64,000 nucleotides of DNA from Clostridia bacterium. GTDB taxonomy: Bacteria; Bacillota; Clostridia; Christensenellales; CAG-138. The translations under genes were made by a program, and so were the position numbers. Where the stretch lies: NCBI GenBank assembly GCA_016292635.1, contig JAEDIC010000006.1, positions 12,367 to 76,366 on the forward strand, read 5' to 3'. The notes under the pieces were generated by a model, which was given only the letters and a program-made list of their open reading frames with translations, searched no databases and was not told where the DNA came from. Below are positions 56,974 to 64,000 of this stretch, in pieces. Each line of letters begins with the position of its first letter. Position 1 is the first letter of the stretch.

Positions 56974-57537
56974 ATGAAGGACCAGCGGCTCACCGAGGAG
57001 ACCTTATGCTCAAAAAAGGTTTATTCCGGGCCGGTTTTTGATGTTTACAGCGATAATGTACGCCTGTGCAGCGGCAGCGAAGCCCGCAGGGACTATCTGC
57101 TGCACAGGGGGGCCGTTGCCATCATCCCTCTGGATGATGAGGGCAATGTGATAATGGAGCGCCAGTTCCGCTATCCCCATCGCCGTGTACTGTATGAAAT
57201 ACCCGCAGGCAAGCTGGAAGCATTCGATACCGACCCTCTGGATGCGGCAAGGCGGGAGCTCCTTGAAGAAACAGGCGTTACCGCAGAAAGCATAGTCCAT
57301 CTCGGTCAATATATCCCATCCCCCGCCATTCTTTCCGAGGTGATACAGGTATATCTCGCCCGGGGCCTTACTTACGGGGAAACCTGCCCGGATGAGGACG
57401 AGTTCCTTGAGGTGGAGCGAATCCCTCTCGGCAGGCTTGTGGATATGATAATGGCAAACGAAATATCCGATGGAAAGACGGTTTTCGGCATACTGAAAAC
57501 AAAGCTCTTTCTGGAGCGGGAGGGCGGCAATGGATAA
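56974..57537 (+). CDS. NUDIX hydrolase (ADP-ribose pyrophosphatase-like)
   Basis: Nudix box GKLEAFDTDPLDAARRELLEETG. Confidence 0.85.
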   Translation: MKDQRLTEETLCSKKVYSGPVFDVYSDNVRLCSGSEARRDYLLHRGAVAIIPLDDEGNVIMERQFRYPHRRVLYEIPAGKLEAFDTDPLDAARRELLEETGVTAESIVHLGQYIPSPAILSEVIQVYLARGLTYGETCPDEDEFLEVERIPLGRLVDMIMANEISDGKTVFGILKTKLFLEREGGNG

Positions 57538-58189
57538 AGCCGCAGCATACGCCAACATACTCTTCGACCTTGACGGCACCCTTACCGACCCCGCCCTGGG
57601 CATAACCTCCGCCGCCCAATACGGCCTTGCCAAAATGGGCATAGCGGTTAAGGACGCCGCCACATTGAACTGGATGATAGGCCCGCCCCTTATAGCCTCT
57701 TTCATGGAGGGCTACGGCATGAGCGAGGAGGAGGCAAAGCAGTGCCTCGCAGGCTACAGGGAGTATTTCTCGGTTACCGGCATATACCAAAACGAGATTT
57801 ATCCCGGCATTGCAGAGCTGCTTCGTGACCTTCGTGCCGCCGGCCGCCGCATTCTGCTGGCAACCTCAAAGCCGGAGGAATTCGCCAATGTCATACTCAA
57901 GCACTTTGATATAGACCAATACTTCCATTTTGTGGGCGGAAACACATTCGATGAATCCCGCCCCCGCAAGGAGGACGTTATCGCATATGTGCTCTCCCAG
58001 TATCCGGATATCACTCCGGAAAACACCGTTATGGTGGGAGACCGCAAGTACGATGTTGAGGGCGCGGCCCAATTTTCCCTGCCCTGCATAGGCGTGCTGT
58101 TCGGCTACGGAAGCCTTGAGGAGCTTACCGCCGCCGGCGCCGCAAAGATAGCCGCCACCGTAGATGAGCTGAGAAGCATACTGCTTTAA
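57530..58189 (+). CDS. HAD-IA family hydrolase
   Basis: ILFDLDGTLTD motif I and GDRKYDVEGA motif IV. 8-nt overlap with the NUDIX gene. Confidence 0.85.
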   Translation: MDKAAAYANILFDLDGTLTDPALGITSAAQYGLAKMGIAVKDAATLNWMIGPPLIASFMEGYGMSEEEAKQCLAGYREYFSVTGIYQNEIYPGIAELLRDLRAAGRRILLATSKPEEFANVILKHFDIDQYFHFVGGNTFDESRPRKEDVIAYVLSQYPDITPENTVMVGDRKYDVEGAAQFSLPCIGVLFGYGSLEELTAAGAAKIAATVDELRSILL

Positions 58190-58217
58190 AAATATTTTTA
58201 TACTTCAGGAGGATACT

Positions 58218-59318
58218 ATGTCCAAGGTATACTTTACCGATATGAGCACTACATTTTCCGAAAACCTGCCCAAGAAATTCCTGCGCCTTATAGATACGGC
58301 GGGCCTTGGGCAGATAGACTTTGACCACAAATTTGTGGCAATAAAGATACACTTCGGCGAGCTGGGCAACCTTGCCTACCTGCGACCCCAGTATGCCCGC
58401 GAACTTGCTGCCTACATAAAGGAACGCGGCGGCCTGCCCTTCCTTACCGACTGCAACACCCTGTATGTGGGCAGCCGCAAGCACGCCCTGGAGCATATTG
58501 AAACCGCCTACATAAACGGCTATACCCCCTACGCCACCGGCTGTCAGGTAATAATCGCCGACGGCATTAAAGGCACCGACGAAGCCCTTATTCCCATCGA
58601 CGGCGAGGTTATATCCGAGGCCAAGATAGGCCGCGCCATCGCCGACGCCGACATAGTCATCAGCCTTAACCACTTTAAGGGCCATGAAGAAGCGGGCTTT
58701 GGCGGTGCGCTGAAGAACCTCGGCATGGGCGCGGGCTCCCGGGCCGGCAAGATGGAAATGCATTGCGACGGCAAACCCCGGGTAAAGACCGCAAAATGCC
58801 GCGGCTGCGGTATGTGCGCCAGAATATGCGCAAACGACGGCATACGCTACGACGAAAACCATAAGGCATATATCGACCATGATACCTGCCTTGGCTGCGG
58901 CCGCTGCATAGGCATATGCAATTTTGACGCCATAGTGCCCACCTTCGGTCAGAGCGAGGAGATGCTCAATAAAAAAATCGCCGAGTACGCCATGGCAGTG
59001 GTAAAGGATAAGCCCAATTTTCACATCAACATCGCCGTGGATATCTCCCCCTGCTGCGACTGCCACTCCGAAAACGATATCCCCATCGTTCCCAATGTGG
59101 GTATGTTTGCCTCCTTTGACCCCGTTGCCGTGGATATGGCCTCTGCCGACAGCGTAAACGCCATGCCCATAAACCCCCAGAGCGTACTGGGCCGCAAGGA
59201 GCCCTGCTGCAAGGATCACTTCACCAACAGTTTCCCAAATACCAATTGGCGGGTGCAGGTGGAGCATGCCGAGCGCATCGGTCTGGGCAGCACGGAATAC
59301 GAGCTTATACTGATTTAA
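58218..59318 (+). CDS. DUF362 domain protein with 2x[4Fe-4S] ferredoxin insert
   Basis: VAIKIHFGELGN is DUF362-like, plus CRGCGMCARIC and CLGCGRCIGIC. Confidence 0.75.
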   Translation: MSKVYFTDMSTTFSENLPKKFLRLIDTAGLGQIDFDHKFVAIKIHFGELGNLAYLRPQYARELAAYIKERGGLPFLTDCNTLYVGSRKHALEHIETAYINGYTPYATGCQVIIADGIKGTDEALIPIDGEVISEAKIGRAIADADIVISLNHFKGHEEAGFGGALKNLGMGAGSRAGKMEMHCDGKPRVKTAKCRGCGMCARICANDGIRYDENHKAYIDHDTCLGCGRCIGICNFDAIVPTFGQSEEMLNKKIAEYAMAVVKDKPNFHINIAVDISPCCDCHSENDIPIVPNVGMFASFDPVAVDMASADSVNAMPINPQSVLGRKEPCCKDHFTNSFPNTNWRVQVEHAERIGLGSTEYELILI

Positions 59319-59336
59319 TTTTCGAAAGGAACTGCT

Positions 59337-60125
59337 TTGCTGGAACGCTATACTGCGGTGGATGTGGAGACGCCAAACCGCAACAACGATTCAATTTGCT
59401 CCATTGGCATAGTCCATATGGAATACGGAACTCCCGTTTACCTGCGGGAGTTTTTGGTGAACCCCCACGAACACTTTGACGATTACAATATCAAGATACA
59501 CGGTATAACCCCCGAAATGGTAAAGGACGCCCCAACCTTCCGTGAAATATGGCCCGAAATAGCCCCCTTTTTCAGCGGCATAATGGCGGCCCACAGCGCC
59601 ACCTTTGACCTCGGGGTAATATGCAAATCCCTGGCCCTGTGCGATATTCCCATCCCGGATATCACCTATGCCTGCACCCTCACCAAGGCCCGCAAGCACC
59701 TGCCCAAGGAGGAATGCGGCAGCCATCGGCTCAATGACCTATGCGCCGGCCTAAATGTGCCCCTCGAGCATCATCACAACGCCCTTGACGACGCATTGGG
59801 CTGCGCCCTTATCTTGGAAAAGCTCATTGACCGCTTCGGCTGCGATAAGTCCGACCTGCGTACATACAGCTTTACCGGCGTTCAGTCCACCGTCTCTCCT
59901 GAGGAACGGGCCTCCGCCATACGGGCCCTCTGGTCTGTCATGGAGCTCCATGACTGCCGCCATAGCATCTCCGCAGATTATCACGAGGCCCTCGAAGACT
60001 GGGCCCGCAGAAACGACCGCTTCCTCCGGGATCCCGATGTCCGGGCCTGCCACAACATGGTTGCGGAAGTGCTGGAACGGGGCGCCATAAGCGAAGAAGA
60101 ATACTCGGTGATAATGGGACTGTGA
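59337..60125 (+). CDS. DEDDh 3'-5' exonuclease (DnaQ/epsilon-like) with extra C-terminal domain
   Basis: AVDVETPN (ExoI), AHSATFDLGV (ExoII), HHNALDDALGCA (ExoIII). TTG start. Confidence 0.8.
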   Translation: MLERYTAVDVETPNRNNDSICSIGIVHMEYGTPVYLREFLVNPHEHFDDYNIKIHGITPEMVKDAPTFREIWPEIAPFFSGIMAAHSATFDLGVICKSLALCDIPIPDITYACTLTKARKHLPKEECGSHRLNDLCAGLNVPLEHHHNALDDALGCALILEKLIDRFGCDKSDLRTYSFTGVQSTVSPEERASAIRALWSVMELHDCRHSISADYHEALEDWARRNDRFLRDPDVRACHNMVAEVLERGAISEEEYSVIMGL

Positions 60126-60315
60126 AGTGATTCGCCTTCTCCTTCCTCTTTCTTCATCTAAACTCACCTGCCGCCCTTATATGAAACTTCGCCCTTGCGG
60201 GCGAGGCGGGCGGCTTTAACAAAGGCGCTTCATTTAAGGCAACAGCCGGCGGAAGGGTATTTTTTCTTCCTCATCCTATAAATTCACCGGCTTCGTCCGG
60301 AGGGCGAAGCTTTGC

Positions 60316-60422
60316 CTGTCAAAAAAACCTTGGGGATTATGAGTCCCGGAAGCTTCAATCGGATTTGGCGACCAGTGGGGCAAATTCGCAAACAAAAAAG
60401 GGAGGTCATCCTCCCTTTTTTT
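60316..60422 (+). ncRNA. Copy B of the repeated structured intergenic element, ending in a GGGAGG-tcat-CCTCCC + T7 terminator
   Basis: Identical 21-nt core at 60352..60372, plus shared CTGTCAAAAA and CCTTGGGG blocks. No ORF. Confidence 0.45.
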
Positions 60423-60423
60423 C

Positions 60424-60927
60424 TTACCGCTCCTTCCTCACCACCCTGTAGTGGGGCTCATACGCCTGCCTGAATCTTTCGCTATGACGCAGCGGCGGAC
60501 ATCCCTCCGCCCTGTATTTTATAAGAAATTCCGAAAGCTCCTCCCGTGAAAACGCCGTTTTCCCTTCCCTGCAGAGATGCTCCATAAGGTCAAGCTTTTG
60601 CTCCTGTTTCTCTTTGCTTCCCGTGGCTTTGCCGGATATAAACAGCCGGTTTATCTCCATTGCTGTCATCCCCGCAGCCTTGGCAGGGCCAAGGTGCAGC
60701 CGGGCAATGCCGCTGCCGATGCTCTCGTATATTTCACCCCGCTCTGCCGGTACTTCCCCCATTTCCCGCTCTATACATTTCAGGCTTTCCTCAGCCGAAG
60801 CTATCATATGCTCCCCTGCAAATTCGCTCTGATATACCAGCTTGGCGCAGTCCTCCGGGCTCATGAGGGGATATCTCACGAGATGGGCAAGCAGTATTTC
60901 TTTGAATCTTAGAAGCTCATTTTCCAA
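60424..60927 (-). CDS. Hypothetical cytoplasmic protein co-transcribed with the ECF S-component
   Basis: 167 aa. 11-nt overlap with the upstream gene. Confidence 0.6.
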   Translation of the reverse strand: MENELLRFKEILLAHLVRYPLMSPEDCAKLVYQSEFAGEHMIASAEESLKCIEREMGEVPAERGEIYESIGSGIARLHLGPAKAAGMTAMEINRLFISGKATGSKEKQEQKLDLMEHLCREGKTAFSREELSEFLIKYRAEGCPPLRHSERFRQAYEPHYRVVRKER

Positions 60928-61444
60928 TCTCTATTACCTTTCCCTTTTGCAGCGCCAGTATTATCACCGGGATTATTACAAGCTGAACCAGTATGCCGGG
61001 GGCTGATGTGATGAACACGCCGCTCATCCATAGCTCCATGGAGTATTCTCCCGCCCGAAATATGAGGGCATTCATTGCGCCATACACCGCCCTGCCCACA
61101 AGCATTGCGGCGATAAGGGCCATATACACCCGTGCGGTGATGCCTTTGCATTTAATTACCCGTATGCAAATTCCCGATATAAGGCCGTATGCCGCAAGCT
61201 CCGCAACCATTGCGGGCAGATACGGCGCCTGTGGCATTCCGGAAATAAGGCTTGAGAGCGCAGGGGCAAGTATGCCCGTAGCCAGCCCATACCATGGGCC
61301 GCATATAAGGCCCGCCAGTAAAACCGGTATATGCATGGGCAGCAGTATATTGCCTGCGTTTGGTATTGAGTGGACCGCCACCGGCAGCACCACGCCCAAA
61401 GCTACGCACAGCCCTGCGATAACAATTCGCTTTGTCTTTGTCAT
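60917..61444 (-). CDS. ECF transporter S component (substrate unknown)
   Basis: 175 aa with six TMs. LLPMHIPVLLAGLICGPWYG and SGMPQAPYLPAMVAELAAYG are typical of ECF S units. Confidence 0.75.
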   Translation of the reverse strand: MTKTKRIVIAGLCVALGVVLPVAVHSIPNAGNILLPMHIPVLLAGLICGPWYGLATGILAPALSSLISGMPQAPYLPAMVAELAAYGLISGICIRVIKCKGITARVYMALIAAMLVGRAVYGAMNALIFRAGEYSMELWMSGVFITSAPGILVQLVIIPVIILALQKGKVIEIGK

Positions 61445-61690
61445 TTTTTAAACCTCCAAAATATAGAGAACGCCATAAAAGCACCCTCATGATGTTGTTG
61501 ATGAGCGGCCTTCGTGGCGTATATCCCCAAACTTTATGGGAAACTGCTCGCCGGCTACCTGCCGGTTAAGCGTATAAAAAGCGGCTTGACAGCTTTTTGC
61601 GGATTTATCCTGTGATGACCGGCTACCTGCCGGCCTTTATACAATTTAACCACAGCGGGACGTTTTTTTCAACCCCGCCCCTATATTCCC

Positions 61691-61697
61691 TTCGACA
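61691..61697. promoter_or_regulatory. Candidate Spo0A box (TTCGACA, the reverse of TGTCGAA) upstream of spo0A
   Basis: Perfect 7-mer about 220 nt upstream of the spo0A start. A single occurrence could be chance. Confidence 0.3.
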
Positions 61698-61917
61698 AAC
61701 GCCCCCGTTATGAATTGGATTTTTGCCGAAAAACAGGGACTTTTGCGTCATATTACACCAGCCGTCATTTTTTTTGCATCACCCGTCACAGCACGACAAA
61801 AGCAGCCAATTTTGTTCCCTATCGCTGCGAAATTAGCGGTGCTAAAATCAAGTCATACAGGAAAACGCCTTATAAGTGCAGATTACCCTAAAAACCACAT
61901 GAATACGGAGGCAGTAA

Positions 61918-62724
61918 ATGACTAAATACCGCATACTTTTGGCAGACAGCAGCACACAGTTTCAGAACACTGTACGAGATTACCTTGCGGCCCAGGAGGG
62001 CATAGAGCGGGTAGACGTGGTATCGGACGGGCAGTCTGCCCTGGATTCCCTCGCCAACTCCCACTACGATATACTGCTGTGCGATCTTATAATGCCCCGC
62101 ATGGACGGCTTTGAGCTGCTGGAGCGACTGAACGCCGGCCTTGTGAAGGATCCCCCCGCCGTCATAGTCATAAGCGCCCTCAGGCAGGAAGACATGGTGC
62201 GCCAGGCCTGCACCCTTGGGGCAAAATACTATATGCTCAAGCCCATTGACCCGGACACACTTTACAAGCGCATACTGGACCTTCTTGAAAACAGCTATAC
62301 ACAGCGCTCCGAGGTGCGGGCCATGAGCGCAAAGCCCCGCACCCTGGATGAAAAGATAGCCTCCGTGTTCCTCATGATAGGCATACCCGCCCACATAAAG
62401 GGCTATCATTACCTCCGTGAAGCTGTCCGCATGGTCTATTTTGAGCCTGCCCTCTGCGGCCGCATCACCAAGGAGCTTTACCCCGGCATCGCAAAGCGGT
62501 TCCAGACCTCCGCCTCAAAGGTGGAGCGGGCCATCCGCCACGCCATAGAGGTTGCCTGGACCCGTGGCAAAATAGAGAATATTAACCAGATATTCGGCTA
62601 CAACATCTACTCCAAAAACGACAAGCCCACCAATGGTGAATTCATCGCCCTGGTTGCTGACAAGCTCATCCTTGAATCCGCAAGGGAAAAAAGCGGCAAG
62701 GCGGAGATACAGAACGTTATATAA
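61918..62724 (+). CDS. spo0A: Sporulation master regulator Spo0A
   Basis: Receiver domain ([12 protein letters not shown]) plus the Spo0A-specific C-terminus [17 protein letters not shown]...[15 protein letters not shown]...[15 protein letters not shown]. Confidence 0.95.
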   Translation: MTKYRILLADSSTQFQNTVRDYLAAQEGIERVDVVSDGQSALDSLANSHYDILLCDLIMPRMDGFELLERLNAGLVKDPPAVIVISALRQEDMVRQACTLGAKYYMLKPIDPDTLYKRILDLLENSYTQRSEVRAMSAKPRTLDEKIASVFLMIGIPAHIKGYHYLREAVRMVYFEPALCGRITKELYPGIAKRFQTSASKVERAIRHAIEVAWTRGKIENINQIFGYNIYSKNDKPTNGEFIALVADKLILESAREKSGKAEIQNVI

Positions 62725-62887
62725 TGGGGTCGAGTGGTGCGGACGACATTTACCCTGTTCCCATCCCTGCCAACATTGTGAAGGTACAGGTGAAACCCGT
62801 ACCTCGCCCCAACTGACTCTTTCTGCTTATTGCGTATATTTTATACACACCGACATAATGCTATGCCACCTCCTCATCCCCACCTTT

Positions 62888-62926
62888 CCCCGTCCGTATA
62901 ATGACTGCGGACGGGGATATTTTTTA
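62888..62926 (+). terminator. Rho-independent terminator downstream of spo0A (CCCCGTCCG-loop-CGGACGGGG + T-run)
   Basis: Read directly. Confidence 0.7.
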
Positions 62927-63075
62927 CTTTGCGCCAAAATAATATATCTTCACACCCCCGTGTGATTTATTCACGCATTTTGTCCGTCCCTGATGCATAT
63001 TCCAATTATAAATATTCGGCAAGAGTTTTTTTTAAACGGATTAATAACACTTTCTCCCCCTAAAAAGCCCGCAAA

Positions 63076-63105
63076 TGTGGATAACCATGTTGATAACATT
63101 GATAA
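63076..63105 (+). promoter_or_regulatory. Three head-to-tail DnaA-box-like 9-mers (TGTGGATAA, TGTTGATAA, CATTGATAA)
   Basis: The first box perfectly matches the reverse of TTATCCACA. The others have 1 and 2 mismatches. Confidence 0.5.
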
Positions 63106-63285
63106 CCCTGTGTTTAACCACTCTGTATATACTGTTTTTTATGCATCCAAATCAGCCGCTCGTACAAAAACGAATTGTATTATTTATTTCCGTAGGGCGA
63201 CTTACGAGACATTTTGCCGACCCCTTTGTCATAAGCTTATATATCTGCAAGATAACTATTTGAGCGATGAGAGGAGCGTATCGGC

Positions 63286-64000
63286 ATGGAACTCATATGG
63301 AAAGAGCTCCCCGGGGAGCATATGATATATTCGGGCCTTACACAGGCGTCGGTGGAGGGGGATATCCCCCTGCCGGAAGGACGCACCCTGAAGGAGGTGC
63401 TGTCCTGCACGGGAAGCGTAACATTGACGGACGCCGCGGCGAAAGCGGGAGCAGTTGCGGTGGAGGGCAGGGTAAGCGTGGATGTAATATGCACCGACGG
63501 CAATGTTTTCGCCTTTTCCTCCCATGCTTCCTTCCGCCATATCATACCTGCGGAGGGTGTAAGGGAGGGCATGAACGCCATGGTGCAGCCCTGTTTGCAG
63601 TCCCTTGAGCTTTTAAACGAGGGTGGGCGGCTGTATCTTAACGCCGTTGCGGATATGGCGGTAATGGTCACAGCCCCCGGCGGCATAAAGGTGCTGTCCT
63701 CCATATCCGGCGTTGATGACGCGGAGCAGGATACAAAGGAGCTTACCCTCGCCTGCAAAGCCGAGGTATGCTCCGGCTCGCTGCGCCTCAGGGAAGAGCT
63801 GGAAGCTCCCTTTGCCTCGGCGGTTCTGTATTCCGAGGCGTGCGCCGCCCTCAGGGATGTTACCCCTTGTGCCAATGGGCTGACGCTTGAGGGTACGCTG
63901 TATATTTCCGCCCTTGTGGAAAGCCGAACGGGAGTCCTTAGCCAGCTTTGCCGGGCCATACCCTTTACAGAGACCGTGGAGGGCAGCGGACAGTCTCCCC
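63286..64000 (+). CDS. DUF3794/SPOCS-like sporulation-associated protein, N-terminal part (runs off window end)
   Basis: Own translation from the ATG 9 nt after GGAG: MELIWKELPGEHMIYSGLTQASVEGDIPLPEGRTLKEVLSCTGSVTLTDAAAKAGAVAVEGRVSVDVICTDG... Open to position 64000. Family call is by resemblance. Confidence 0.5.
   Translation, partial: MELIWKELPGEHMIYSGLTQASVEGDIPLPEGRTLKEVLSCTGSVTLTDAAAKAGAVAVEGRVSVDVICTDGNVFAFSSHASFRHIIPAEGVREGMNAMVQPCLQSLELLNEGGRLYLNAVADMAVMVTAPGGIKVLSSISGVDDAEQDTKELTLACKAEVCSGSLRLREELEAPFASAVLYSEACAALRDVTPCANGLTLEGTLYISALVESRTGVLSQLCRAIPFTETVEGSGQSP

Noticed and set aside
58125-59267. 380-aa minus-strand ORF
   Set aside because: It is antisense to the DUF362/ferredoxin gene, which has clear Fe-S motifs. 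This is a typical shadow ORF.
34713-60422. The two copies of the structured element as attL/attR of a 25.6-kb integrated element
   Set aside because: The interval contains core housekeeping genes (SRP RNA, rsmA, PBP, LCP). The copies are imperfect outside a 21-nt core, each carries its own terminator, and no recombinase gene is present.
62725-63285. Chromosomal replication origin
   Set aside because: DnaA boxes are present, but there is no dnaA, dnaN or rpmH context and only one tight cluster. It is treated as a possible regulatory DnaA-box cluster instead.
63237-63959. 240-aa minus-strand ORF at the window end
   Set aside because: The opposite (plus) frame has a good RBS and start, and a DUF3794-like sequence. 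The minus frame is Ser/Ala/Pro-rich shadow.

Overview
This is a high-GC chromosomal segment from an endospore-forming Clostridia-type Firmicute. Supporting genes and sites: spo0A, spoIIR, sleB-ypeB, a perfect CIRCE operator upstream of clpB, and a Bacillus-type long SRP RNA. About 70% of genes are on the minus strand. Most long plus-strand ORFs in the six-frame track are antisense shadows typical of GC-rich DNA. Core content, left to right: a YedF/activase/LysR group; an AOR-like/XdhC/MATE group; an iron-chelate-type ABC importer; a seven-gene operon of uncharacterised envelope proteins; a membrane LuxR-type regulator with an orphan solute-binding protein; tRNA-Met and tRNA-fMet; nitroreductase; clpB; spoIIR-sleB-ypeB; ispE; murC; a CopA-type ATPase; SRP RNA; a QueG-like protein; rsmA; a class B PBP; an LCP protein; galM; small metabolic genes; an ECF S-component; and spo0A. 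Accessory or unusual content: (1) a 1.6-kb integrase-less islet inserted in tRNA-Met, bounded by a 45-nt copy of the tRNA 3' half; (2) an 8.3-kb podovirus-like late-gene and lysis module with no portal, terminase or integrase; (3) a gene for a protein with 8 tandem ADMNGMK heptads encoded by 21-bp repeats; (4) a visibly AT-richer two-gene cassette flanked by 103-nt direct repeats, each of which looks like a promoter-plus-terminator small-RNA unit; (5) a repeated, structured ~100-nt intergenic element with compensatory base changes; (6) a head-to-tail DnaA-box triplet downstream of spo0A and twin palindromic hairpins upstream of it. All family names come from motif recognition by eye; no searches were run. 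Start codons moved from the ORF track were placed by counting residues and may be off by a few nucleotides.
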